A stretch of DNA of 64,000 bases from a virus. The position numbers were made by a program, and so were the translations under genes. The notes beneath the pieces were generated by a model. The model saw only the letters and a list, made by a program, of their open reading frames with translations. It was not told the origin of the DNA and ran no database searches. Where the stretch lies: IMG/VR virus record IMGVR_UViG_3300010149_000002, positions 1 to 64,000 of that record; one strand, written 5' to 3'. Shown piece after piece: positions 19,991 through 30,142 of this stretch; position 1 is the first letter of the stretch, and each line of letters begins with the position of its first letter.

Positions 19991-20194
19991 ATGAAAATAG
20001 AGGACAAAGAATTTTTTGATTTTGAATTAGATGGCATCAATTTTGCAGACTATCCAGACTTCTGTGATGCGTTTATAATTAATGCCAGTGTAGTTGATGG
20101 GAGTGAACCAAGAAAAGCCACAGATAGCGAATTAGAGCTTCTCAATGATGATTCTAGTCTAGTCTATGAGCTTGTAATGGAGCAGATTTTTTAA
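19991..20194 (+). CDS. Acidic hypothetical protein
   Basis: 'DGI...DYPDFCDAFI..A......R.AT..ELE.LN' motif of a recurring small phage protein type. Confidence 0.65.
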   Translation: MKIEDKEFFDFELDGINFADYPDFCDAFIINASVVDGSEPRKATDSELELLNDDSSLVYELVMEQIF

Positions 20195-20201
20195 AATACC
20201 C

Positions 20202-20251
20202 TGTAATTTTTTCATACTGCTATTGACGCAATACAGATAATATTAGATAAT
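20202..20251 (+). promoter_or_regulatory. Early promoter with upstream box
   Basis: TGTAATTTTTTCATA, then TTGACG-17-GATAAT. Confidence 0.7.
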
Positions 20252-20278
20252 AAATACAGAAATAAAGGAGAAATAAAC

Positions 20279-20860
20279 ATGACACAATTATTCACAAGAA
20301 ATGGAAAGCTAAAAAAAGCAAGTGCATATACTGTAAATTTTGGAATACCTGCTTTAAAGACTTGCCCAATGAAGGATGTATGCGGTAAATATTGTTATGC
20401 TAATAAAGGTGCGTATAGTTGGCCAGTAGTTAAAAAAGCTTATGAGCATAGATTTCAGCAGACTAGACGAGCTGACTTTCCACAGATTGCAGTTAAAGCA
20501 TTATCTAAAAAACGTAAACTAGAAAAAGTTAGAATACATGATAGCGGTGATTTTTACAATAAAGAATACCTTTACAAGTGGTTTAAGATTGCAGAGTCTA
20601 TGCCAGATAAAGAGTTTTACGCATACACTAAGCAAGTAAAGCTTTTAAAAGACAATTGGACTAATAAGCCTAGCAATCTTACTATCATCTTTTCAATAGG
20701 CGGTAAACAAGATTCATTGATTGACCAAAATATTGACAGGCATAGTAAAATTTTCAAAACACTTGAAGAGCTTAACGCATCGGGTTATAATGATACAAGT
20801 GATGATGATACCCAAGCGGTCAATCCAGAAAATCACAAAGTAGGGCTAGTAATTCACTAA
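20279..20860 (+). CDS. Gp88-like protein (radical-SAM-like Cys motif)
   Basis: TCP....C...CYA, RIHDSGDFY, FYAYTK. Confidence 0.75.
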   Translation: MTQLFTRNGKLKKASAYTVNFGIPALKTCPMKDVCGKYCYANKGAYSWPVVKKAYEHRFQQTRRADFPQIAVKALSKKRKLEKVRIHDSGDFYNKEYLYKWFKIAESMPDKEFYAYTKQVKLLKDNWTNKPSNLTIIFSIGGKQDSLIDQNIDRHSKIFKTLEELNASGYNDTSDDDTQAVNPENHKVGLVIH

Positions 20861-20875
20861 AAAGGAGATATAAAA

Positions 20876-21124
20876 ATGAACAAAAAACTATTCAAAAACT
20901 TAGTAGGTAACAAATTTTTTACAGTAGTCTTTAGAAAAAAAGACGGTACACTTAGAACAATGAACGCAAGGCTAGGCGTTAAAAAGCATTTAAAGGGCGG
21001 TAAAAAGCTCTATGATAAGGCTAACCTTGTAACAGTGTATGATATCACTAAAAAAGGTTATAGGACTGTAAACCTTGACAGCGTTCAAGAGATCAAAGCT
21101 AGTGGGCTTAAGGTAACAGTTTAA
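20876..21124 (+). CDS. Small SH3/WYL-like fold protein
   Basis: FFTVVFRKKDGTLRTMNARLGV...VYD..KKGYRTV. Confidence 0.6.
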   Translation: MNKKLFKNLVGNKFFTVVFRKKDGTLRTMNARLGVKKHLKGGKKLYDKANLVTVYDITKKGYRTVNLDSVQEIKASGLKVTV

Positions 21125-21403
21125 TGGTTAAGGTTATACAAGGTTTATTTTTAACGTACTATTTAATTTATATTGTGTGAGGTAACAATGACTAAACAAG
21201 ATTTATTGACATTATATAATTTATCTAAAAATATAGATGGACTTGAGAACGTCTATGACTTCATATCAGGCGTTTATGAAATTGCCTATGGTGATCATGC
21301 TATTAATAAAAATTACAGCTCAGAAGAAGTTTTACAGCGTATACAGGACTTTTCAGATGATGCCTTGACTTATGAAACGTATCATAAACTTAGTAAAAAG
21401 AAT

Positions 21404-21457
21404 ACTATGTAAAAATTACATAGTTCGGTTGACGCAAAGCACAATACATGAGATAAT
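21404..21457 (+). promoter_or_regulatory. Early promoter with perfect palindrome ACTATGTAA-N3-TTACATAGT
   Basis: Palindrome at 21404-21424, then TTGACG-17-GATAAT. Confidence 0.75.
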
Positions 21458-21488
21458 AATTAAGAGTTAAACTAAAGGAGAATAACAC

Positions 21489-23576
21489 ATGATTAACATT
21501 CAAGAAAAAGTAGACGTAACAAAAAGTCAGGAATTTACAGGCAATCAAATGAGCATTGACCCTGAATTTTTTAATAAAATGATTTGGCTTGTTATTAAGC
21601 AATATAAGTATAAGGTTAGAACATCATTACAAGAGCTAATTTCTAATGCTCAAGATGCTCAAGTTGAAGCAGGTAATGGTGATAGAAAATTAAAAATAAC
21701 TTTACCGACAAAATTAGAACCGACTTTCAAGCTTCGTGATTTTGGCACAGGTATGACACCAGACGTTATCAATAAAATTTATTGTAACATGGGGGCATCT
21801 GGTAGCTCACACACTAATGCAAAAAAGGGTGGTTTTGGTATTGGTGGAAAATCTCCTTTAGGTTTTTGTGACCAGTATAATATCAAGACTTATGTTGACG
21901 GTACGTTTTGGTATTATGCTGTTTACAAAAATGAACTAAACGGAATTAATGTTGATTTAGTTCATACTGGAGATACCACAGAAGAAAACGGCACAGAAAT
22001 TATTATACCATCTAAAAGGGATCAACTAGAACAGTTTAAAAATGGTGCAGTAAGAGCGACATATTTTTGGGATAATCAGCCTATTTTTAATTTTGAAATG
22101 CCTAAACGTCCTAAAGGTATTAAAATTAGTGATAAATTTACAGTATACAATGGCAGAGAATTTGCAAGTAATTTAGGGCTATCCAGTTCTTATTATTCAG
22201 CACAGGGTATTGTTATTTTAGTTGATGGTATACCTTATCTAGTTGAAAGCGATATGTTAAGGCAATGTGATGAACTTAAAAAAGCTGATAATATTTTATC
22301 AAGTAATTCAGTTTTAGTTTATAAAATTGGTAATGGCGAATTAAAAGTGCTTCAAACTAGGGAATCATTAGAAGAGTGTGAATACACATTCAATAGACTA
22401 AATAAAATTGGTTTAGACATTCAAAAAGAGTTTAAAAGGTATTCTAACGAGCTTTTAAAACCTACTATAATTGACACCTATAAAGCATATAAAGAAGCTA
22501 TAGAGTTATTTACAGGGCTTCCAAGTATTGATTTTAATGCTCATGTAAAGATTAATAGAAACGGTATCATGTACTTAAATGATCTTACTAAACAAGATAA
22601 CTTTTTATTTGAAGCGGTAGAGTATCATTACAGATCACAAAGGTATAGACAAGTATTAACAAATTCTAAAAGAGAAAATAAAACCTTTCAACAATTACCA
22701 TTAGATAAACTAAACAGTTTTTATTTAGATGATATTGGTGATACAGAAAGTGAGCAAATGAAAGCTAGACGTTGTAAGCATTTTATTGAACCATCTAAAG
22801 GAGAGATCACATACATTAAAAAAACTGATATGCCCACAGAGCTTTATAATTTACTTCTAAACGAATTAGAATTAAACGTGATATCTAGCCTACCTTTGCC
22901 TCCTAAAAAGGCTAAGACAAAGAATACAAGCACTAAAAAAACGCTTGATAAAGGTAAGATTGATATTCACATTGTTGAAAGAAGTACAGCATGGGGAAGT
23001 AATGCTTATGTAAGAAATTGTAGAACAATTGACCTAAATAAAAACCTTGATAATAAAATACTATGGTGCGATTATTCGACTAGCACAATGTATGATGCAA
23101 GAGATTATGTTGATTTTTTCAAGTCCAAAGGTTTTTTATTTGGATTTGTTTCTAAGAAATACCAAACTAAGATTAAAAATGACGATAGGTTTATGCAAGT
23201 AGATGAGTTTATGAATAATCTAAGCTTTACAACAGAAGAAAAAGAATATATGATTCAAAAAGGAGCGTATGCATATGGCGGTTATAGAGATAATGATATC
23301 ATAAACCAAAAGCTTGCTATCATGGTAAAAAGAGTTAGTTCTAAAAAAATTAGAGCAATGATTAATGATGTAATGCGTCCTAAAAAAGAATTAGATATTC
23401 CACGTAATTTATATTGGGATATGCAAGATCAATTAAAAGACGAGATAAAAGAGAGAAATGACAAGGCTGATATGCTTGGCAAGTATTTAAAAAGGAGATA
23501 TCCTAAATTTAAAAACAATGACGATTTAGATTATATTAACAGAGTAAACAAAACTTATTTACAAGGGAGATTCTAA
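21489..23576 (+). CDS. rIIA: rIIA-like protein (N-terminal GHKL ATPase)
   Basis: ELISNAQDA, RDFGTGM, GGFGIGGKSP, NGTEI, 'RESL'; paired with an rIIB-like gene. Confidence 0.85.
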   Translation: MINIQEKVDVTKSQEFTGNQMSIDPEFFNKMIWLVIKQYKYKVRTSLQELISNAQDAQVEAGNGDRKLKITLPTKLEPTFKLRDFGTGMTPDVINKIYCNMGASGSSHTNAKKGGFGIGGKSPLGFCDQYNIKTYVDGTFWYYAVYKNELNGINVDLVHTGDTTEENGTEIIIPSKRDQLEQFKNGAVRATYFWDNQPIFNFEMPKRPKGIKISDKFTVYNGREFASNLGLSSSYYSAQGIVILVDGIPYLVESDMLRQCDELKKADNILSSNSVLVYKIGNGELKVLQTRESLEECEYTFNRLNKIGLDIQKEFKRYSNELLKPTIIDTYKAYKEAIELFTGLPSIDFNAHVKINRNGIMYLNDLTKQDNFLFEAVEYHYRSQRYRQVLTNSKRENKTFQQLPLDKLNSFYLDDIGDTESEQMKARRCKHFIEPSKGEITYIKKTDMPTELYNLLLNELELNVISSLPLPPKKAKTKNTSTKKTLDKGKIDIHIVERSTAWGSNAYVRNCRTIDLNKNLDNKILWCDYSTSTMYDARDYVDFFKSKGFLFGFVSKKYQTKIKNDDRFMQVDEFMNNLSFTTEEKEYMIQKGAYAYGGYRDNDIINQKLAIMVKRVSSKKIRAMINDVMRPKKELDIPRNLYWDMQDQLKDEIKERNDKADMLGKYLKRRYPKFKNNDDLDYINRVNKTYLQGRF

Positions 23577-23577
23577 T

Positions 23578-24330
23578 ATGAATTACATTATGACACCACA
23601 GGGAGTTACACTAAGTTACGAAGGAAATTTTATCACAATAGCAGAGGGAGATCATCGCTACAATGCGATCTTAGAGGCTATCAAAGATGGTAGGCTAGAG
23701 GATGTACCAAGTCTTGTAGACGTTTCTAAGACGTTCTCAGAGGTTGAGGGAGTCGATCTAGTAGATGGTCACATCTATATTAATGACAAGAAAATTCCAG
23801 AGGTCTTAACTGATAGGGTATTGAACTTTAAAGACAAGGGGTTGCCCTTTGAACCATTAATGAAATTTGCTGAGAAGCTTATGGAGAACCCAAGTTATAA
23901 CTCAAGGCTTATGCTTTACAAGTTCTTAGAACATAACGGACACCCTATCACAAAAGATGGCAACTTTATTGCATACAAAAAAGTTAGAAGAGACTTTACA
24001 GATTGTCACACAGGTAAGATGGATAACAGTGTTGGCATGATTGTTGCAATGCCAAGAGAAGAAGTTGATGATAATCCAGACAATACTTGCTCTAGTGGGC
24101 TTCACGTTGCTGCATATAACTATGCTAATACGTTCTCACAAGGTCACTTGTTAGAAGTCGAGATTGACCCTAAAGACGTTGTAGCCGTTCCTAATGACTA
24201 TGATGGTGAGAAAATGAGAGTATGTAAGTATGTTGTAAAGAAAATTTGTGAGTCAAGACTTGATGATGTTGACTTATATGAACTATGTGACGAATATCTA
24301 GATGAACAGTTAAATGAATGGGGGTATTAA
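23578..24330 (+). CDS. rIIB: rIIB-like protein
   Basis: ENPS...LYKFL...ITKDGNFIAYK...MPREEVDDNPDNTCSSGLH...DVVAVPNDY..KMRVCKY. Confidence 0.88.
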   Translation: MNYIMTPQGVTLSYEGNFITIAEGDHRYNAILEAIKDGRLEDVPSLVDVSKTFSEVEGVDLVDGHIYINDKKIPEVLTDRVLNFKDKGLPFEPLMKFAEKLMENPSYNSRLMLYKFLEHNGHPITKDGNFIAYKKVRRDFTDCHTGKMDNSVGMIVAMPREEVDDNPDNTCSSGLHVAAYNYANTFSQGHLLEVEIDPKDVVAVPNDYDGEKMRVCKYVVKKICESRLDDVDLYELCDEYLDEQLNEWGY

Positions 24331-24952
24331 AATGATTATTGGTGAAAGACTAAATAAATTTGATTTAGAGACAGATGGTACACTAAAAAGCTTCAATGAA
24401 ATATTTGCAGAGTGTCCTGTAAAGCTTGACGTTAGTCCTGAGAGCGTTTTAGAGATAGGGGATATAGTAGGTACAGGCAAAGAAAATGTAAGGTATCTAA
24501 ACTTAGATGGCGAGCAAATTACCCATGTATTTGAAAAGGAAAGGTATTTCAAACCAGATGCAGATTTTGGGATGAAAGGTAACACTGGAATAAGAGCACA
24601 TTATAAACTAGAAAATACAAAGACAGGTGAGGTATTTGAAGCTAATAAATTATCAGAATTAGCAGAAATATCAGGCGTACCTCATTATAGAGTAGGTAAA
24701 ATAAGCTCAGGATCGATAAAGTGCGATACTTTTAAGATCACAAAACGTAAAGCAAGTAAGAAACCTAAAAAGGACATTAAGCCTAAAAAAGAATGGATGT
24801 ATTTTGTGACAAAAGGTAATGAGGAACATAGATTCAAACTTGCAAAAGAAGTTGCAAAGTTTTTAAACGTATCTAAAATAACAGTATCTTTTTATACAAC
24901 AAAAAAATGGAATAACTCACAAGGTTGGTCGGTAGACAGGAGAAAAGTATAA
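24314..24952 (+). CDS. Hypothetical DNA-binding protein (two HTH/NUMOD-like units)
   Basis: 'LSELAEISGV' and 'AKEVAKFLNVS' segments. Confidence 0.45.
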   Translation: MNGGIKMIIGERLNKFDLETDGTLKSFNEIFAECPVKLDVSPESVLEIGDIVGTGKENVRYLNLDGEQITHVFEKERYFKPDADFGMKGNTGIRAHYKLENTKTGEVFEANKLSELAEISGVPHYRVGKISSGSIKCDTFKITKRKASKKPKKDIKPKKEWMYFVTKGNEEHRFKLAKEVAKFLNVSKITVSFYTTKKWNNSQGWSVDRRKV

Positions 24953-25176
24953 TGGAAACAATTGTAAAATATAACAACAGAAAATTATACAGTAAAAAAT
25001 GTAAGCACTATGTAAACAATTCTTATTTAATTGATCTAATAAGACTTGGACATACTTTTGAGATCAAAGAACATAAAACCGACCAAGACGTAACTGGCAC
25101 AGTTCTTGCAAGTTGTATTAGTGACTTGAACCTTGATGGTGTCAAGTTGACAAATTTCATCAAGGAGAATTTATAA
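24952..25176 (+). CDS. PhaR/AniA-type (PHB accumulation regulator) N-terminal DNA-binding domain protein
   Basis: IVKYNNRKLY...YV....DLIR.G..F.I.EHKT.QDVT..VL matches the IKKY.NRRLY..YVT...D..TGEDIT pattern. Confidence 0.75.
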   Translation: METIVKYNNRKLYSKKCKHYVNNSYLIDLIRLGHTFEIKEHKTDQDVTGTVLASCISDLNLDGVKLTNFIKENL

Positions 25177-26380
25177 TGAATATCTTAGACTTCCTTACAA
25201 TGATGCAGACAAGTTTATTTGCAAAAGGCTTAGATACAACAGTGTCAATTGGCAGCAAGGTGACACTGGAAATAGAGGACGTAGAGAGTTCTAAGACGGT
25301 TGCAGTAATAACAGGTGATACACTAGAAGAAGCCTATGCAAACCTATTAGGAGCTATGTCAGGAGCTGTGAGAGACACTAAAACAGGACGCTATCAAGGT
25401 CTATCGAGGTTATAATGATCAATAAAAAAGACTTAATAGAAGCAATAGAAGCAATTTCAAATACTTTAGAAGCTAATGGGTTAGACACTTTTGTATTAGA
25501 CCAGTACATTAATAATCAAAAAATTATAATATGGGAAGAAGAAACAGGAGAAGGTTTGTAATGATTATAGTAAAGCTTGTATTAATTGTCTCACTGTGTT
25601 ATCTTATAGGAAGAGGACTTTCTAGAGAGCTAGAAAGAGAAGCAGATGAGGCTAAAAAGCAGACAAAGGACATTAGGAATAAATCTAAAGAAGCTTATCA
25701 ACTTATGCAAGCTGAAAAGAGAGTCTTAGTGAATACAATTAATGAACTTAGAGAAGAGATTGACACTTTAAAGAAGCTTAATAGGAGACTAAAGTGACTA
25801 ATAAAGAGCTGCTTGATATGTTTAGGTCATCTAGTTACTTAAACTTTATGAAGTTCTTAGAAAATGAGATAGAATTTGTAGATGAATACCCATGTGCTTT
25901 TTGTAAAGATAAACCATGTGGAGAAGATCATTGTGATAGAAACAAGGAGTATGATAATGAATCCAACGATTAGACAGTTTATGGTAGCTGTATTTTGCAC
26001 AGTGTTGCTTGCCAGTTGTGCAGTTAGATTGCCAGAGCGATCTAATGTTAAAAAGAAAAAGCCAAAGAATCATATAAGCAAGATGAAGGAATGTGTTGAT
26101 GCCTTTATGAATGATCATGGTGTAGGTATTGAAGAAGCTTTTAATACTTGTGAAAAGATTTATAGGAGGTAATATGACACCCATTGAAAGCTATCATAGA
26201 TATAAAAACACACAATGGTATAGAAGTTATCGTAAAAAGTTTGAAAAAGGCTATAGAGAAGAGAATAGAATCATGTGGAATTTAAAGTCATGGAAATCTA
26301 TGAGAAAGAAATATGGAAAGACAACTTCCCTAAAACAAGAGTTTGAATACTTAATGATAAGAACTTTAAGAGATTTATAG
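25176..26380 (+). CDS. Several small hypothetical proteins, including membrane/lipoprotein-like ORFs
   Basis: ORF track; 'LLASC' lipobox-like motif in 25882-26172. Confidence 0.5.
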
Positions 26381-26543
26381 GAGATAGTATGCTTCATCTA
26401 ATATACAAAGATACAAATTGTATTCTTTACACAGGTACTAAAAAAGAACTTGCAAAGATTATGGAAAACTTATATAATAATTGTAGGAGTCATTATAAAG
26501 TGGTTTCTAAGCAGTATATAAAAGAATTAGATTGGGAGTTTTA

Positions 26544-27527
26544 ATGAAAAACATAAGACTGTCACACTCCGCAGCAGAAAAGTTTAAAACCTGCGGAGCA
26601 CTTTATCGCCATCATTACGTTGATCGTATAAGACCAGTTGCAATGGGAAGTGCTCTTTTTTTTGGATCGGCAGTTGATGAGGCATTGAATGTTTTATTAG
26701 GATCTAAGAAACAGATTGTCACCTATAAATTTGACGAGAGTGTTAGTGTTTTGCAACATGCTTATGACGAATTTGATACGTTGTGGTGTGAGCAATTAGA
26801 AAATAAAAATGTAGAATACTTCAAGTCAGATATTGATCTAAGTGTTTTACTTGATATTGATTTAGAAGATATTTCAGAGTTTGATAAAGAAGTAGAAAAC
26901 ATTGAAGAGTTTTTAAAAGAATGTTTCACTATTCTAAAAAATAAAGAAAAATTGTGTGAAGAGGATCAAGCATTGTATAATAGAATAGCTTGGCATAGTT
27001 TATATAGAAAAGGCATGATGCTCATTGAAGCATATAATAATGACATTATGCCACAAATCCATACAGTATTTGATATCCAAAGGAAAGTAGAACTACCGGA
27101 TGAGCATGGCAACCTTTTAATAGGCTATATAGATGCCGTAGTTAGCTTTATAGACGCTCCAGATAGAAAGGTGATACTTGATAACAAGACAAGTTCAAAG
27201 CCGTACAAGGACGATTCTGTATCGACTTCTCCACAGCTTGCAACTTATTGTGAAAGTGAGGGTATAGAGTACGGTGCGTTTGGTGTTGTAGAGAAAGCCA
27301 TAAGAAAAAGAGAGCCAAGAACTAGGACTCAATTAATTATTGATAAAATTCCTGAGAAATTACTTGACGAAACATTTGAAATGTATGATAATGTTTTAGA
27401 GGGCATTGAGAATGAAGAGTTTGATAAGAACTATGACTCTGGATGTTTTTTCTATGGTAAACCTTGTAGTTACTATGCGTACTGTAGAAGTAATGGTAAG
27501 AATAAAGATGGATTGGAGGAAGTATAA
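26544..27527 (+). CDS. PD-(D/E)XK exonuclease (RecB/Cas4-like)
   Basis: LSHS..KFKTC, FGSAVD, GYID...ILDNKTS, QLATY, C-terminal C..C.Y..YC. Confidence 0.85.
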   Translation: MKNIRLSHSAAEKFKTCGALYRHHYVDRIRPVAMGSALFFGSAVDEALNVLLGSKKQIVTYKFDESVSVLQHAYDEFDTLWCEQLENKNVEYFKSDIDLSVLLDIDLEDISEFDKEVENIEEFLKECFTILKNKEKLCEEDQALYNRIAWHSLYRKGMMLIEAYNNDIMPQIHTVFDIQRKVELPDEHGNLLIGYIDAVVSFIDAPDRKVILDNKTSSKPYKDDSVSTSPQLATYCESEGIEYGAFGVVEKAIRKREPRTRTQLIIDKIPEKLLDETFEMYDNVLEGIENEEFDKNYDSGCFFYGKPCSYYAYCRSNGKNKDGLEEV

Positions 27528-28295
27528 TGGCACAATTAGAGAAACTAAAAAAAGCAGACCTTGTAAAGCTTGCTAGAGAACTTAAGCAAGATAACAAGCT
27601 TTTAAAAAAAGAACTAGAGAATGTTCAGTCAGGCGAGCTAGATGATTCTAAGCTACCGTTATATGCTCATACCTACTACAAAGACGGTGACAAGCATGTT
27701 GTAGACGTTATGAAGTACTCTCCAGAATCAAACAATGTAAAAGTCATTGAGAAGATTGTAGAGAATACTAAAGAGCTTGCATTGTTCAAATTAGAAATGG
27801 TAATTGTAGATAAATTTCATCAACAAGTATATGAAAGGAGTAATAATGAGTAAACTAACAGAACTACTAAACTCTAGGCACCAAGACCTAGACTTTGAAC
27901 TAGGAACATTACACAGTCTATATCAATTAGCTAACAATGTTGCAAAAAAACTAGATGTAGAGGCAGAAGCCAATACAGTACTAACTGCAATGCAAAATAG
28001 ACTAATGGATAAACTAAATGTTGACATTGAGGACATTGCAGAAGATGAAGAAATTGACGTAGAGGACTTAGACTTTGCAGTTATTTATGACCATTTAGGT
28101 ACAGCATTTTTTCATGCAAAGACTGAAATGGCATCATACTTGCAGTTTGACAGTACACTAAATAATCTAAAAAGACTTGGTGCTACAGATGACGAAGTGG
28201 AAAAATTACAGGGTTTCAAAAAAAGACTTGAAAGAACAATATTTGACAGGTATGATGTAACTGAGGATGATCTTAAGGAGGATGGAGATGAATAA
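27527..28295 (+). CDS. Two hypothetical proteins (27527-27853, about 27846-28295)
   Basis: ORF track. Confidence 0.55.
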
Positions 28296-28866
28296 GTTTT
28301 TAAAAAAAGTTGCAGAAATTCAACAAACGCTAAAAGCACCAAAGAATCAATTTAATAAATTTGGAGGATATGCTTATAGAAATTGTGAGGATATACTAGA
28401 AGCAGTAAAACCTTTACTTGGCGACCTAGTTTTAACTGTTAGCGATAAGATTATCACAGTTGGAGAAGGCGAGGACATGAGAGTATATGTTGAGGCTACT
28501 GCTAAAGTAACTAACGGAGAAGAAGTATTAGAAAATACAGCGTCAGCCAGAGAACCATTAGACCAAAAAGGGATGAACGAGGCACAGATAACAGGTAGTG
28601 CAAGTTCATATGCTAGAAAGTATGCACTAAATGGATTGTTTCTAATTGATGATACCAAAGATGCTGATGCAACTAATGATCATGGTAAGGGAGAAGCTAA
28701 AAAAACTTCTACAAGAAAGAAAAAAGAAGATACTAAAGAAAAGCCAAAAAGAACTAGAACAAAAAAAGAAGAGCCAAAGGAAGAACCAGAGGCTAAGGAA
28801 GAGTCTAAAGAAGAACCAGAAGAAAAACCAAAGAAACGTGGAAGAGGTTTTAGGAGAAAAGGATAA
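28288..28866 (+). CDS. erf: ERF-family single-strand annealing protein
   Basis: KAPKNQFNKFGGYAYRNCEDILEAVKP...AQITGSASSYARKYALNGLFLIDDTKDAD. Confidence 0.92.
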   Translation: MNKFLKKVAEIQQTLKAPKNQFNKFGGYAYRNCEDILEAVKPLLGDLVLTVSDKIITVGEGEDMRVYVEATAKVTNGEEVLENTASAREPLDQKGMNEAQITGSASSYARKYALNGLFLIDDTKDADATNDHGKGEAKKTSTRKKKEDTKEKPKRTRTKKEEPKEEPEAKEESKEEPEEKPKKRGRGFRRKG

Positions 28867-29734
28867 TGAGAGAAGAAAAAAAAGGAATTAGAGAGGGGAT
28901 GTTTTTAGCTAGACTTGCTACTGTAGTTGAAATATTTTTAGATGAACAAGATAAAGATAAACAATGGTTAAATTCCAAATATAACGAAATTATTAGTTAC
29001 TATGAAACAGGGGTACACCCTAAAGATAAGAAAATTAAAGGTATTTTTGGGAGCGATAATGAGTAAACTAAAAGAAGAGTTCAATAGAGTAGCAGAAATA
29101 TCTTCACAAATAACACTTGATCTTCAAGAAGAAGTGAGAGATTTGAAGAAGAATGAAGTAGCAAGAGTTTTTATGGCGGTAATGGAATACCCTGTGCCTC
29201 CTACAAGACAGCTTACTAGCCAGAAAGAAGTTGACACATATCAAATGGCAGTTGGGCTAAAAGAAATGCAAATGAAAATGGGAGTCATAAACCTAGCAAT
29301 GAAAGAACAGGAGGCTAATAATGGCGAAGACAGTTAGAGCATATAGAATGACAGAAGCTCTTTTAAAAAGAAATTCTATACCAAATTATAATGATCTTGC
29401 AGATAATGTTGCACAGATATCACCAATTAAGATTAGAAACATTGGAAGTTGGCACTACCATGTTGCAGAGGATGCTAAAGGACAGGTATATCTTATTGAG
29501 GATGATGTTGTAATGCAAAATAAACTCTATGAGAGAAACATGGGAGTTAGTGAATCTAAGTTCATGCTAGATGGTGTTGGTATTAATCAAATTAAAGAGT
29601 TTAAGAAATTACAGGAAGAAGAAAGTACTTTACAAGTTGAAGAAGAGCCTGTAGAATTAGAAGAAGAAGAAGTTGAAGAGCAAGTTGAAGAAGCTCCAGA
29701 AGAACAAGAAAATAAACAAGACCAAGGAGAATAA
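28866..29734 (+). CDS. Three hypothetical proteins
   Basis: ORF track; overlapping starts and stops. Confidence 0.55.
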
Positions 29735-29736
29735 AA

Positions 29737-30069
29737 ATGGCAAGAGAAAGAAGAACATCATCAAGATCAAGTAAGAGTAGTGGATCAAGTAGTAACAAAG
29801 GTTCAAAGACAACAGGTTATGTGACTTTGTTTGAGATCAAAGAGAACGATGAAGGTAAAGAGTATGTTCAGTTTGTAAAAAATGCTGAATATGTAAACAT
29901 AGAAGTGAATGGAGTTAATGTAAATGGTAAGTCTATTTATATCAATGACCCTGCAGAAAAGTTCGAGATCATGCTCGAAAAGGAAATGATTACTGAGGAG
30001 GAAGCCGAAGAAAAGATTGGCAGAATCCCTGAGTACATTTTAGAAGAAGGTACTGTAAAGCTTGACTAG
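29737..30069 (+). CDS. Hypothetical protein, possible ssDNA-binding protein
   Basis: Last gene of the recombination operon, before a terminator; beta-rich. Assigned by position only. Confidence 0.35.
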   Translation: MARERRTSSRSSKSSGSSSNKGSKTTGYVTLFEIKENDEGKEYVQFVKNAEYVNIEVNGVNVNGKSIYINDPAEKFEIMLEKEMITEEEAEEKIGRIPEYILEEGTVKLD

Positions 30070-30108
30070 TTTTTCCTCCTTTATAGCTAGTGAGTTTTTG
30101 TCTGAATT

Positions 30109-30130
30109 GCCCCCTAAATGGGGGCTTTTT
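30109..30130 (+). terminator. Rho-independent terminator
   Basis: GCCCCC-TAAAT-GGGGGC-TTTTT. Confidence 0.85.
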
Positions 30131-30142
30131 AAAAGGGATTAA

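Noticed and set aside
26544-27527. Cas4 as part of a CRISPR-Cas system
   Set aside because: No other cas genes and no array; proximity to ERF indicates a recombination exonuclease.
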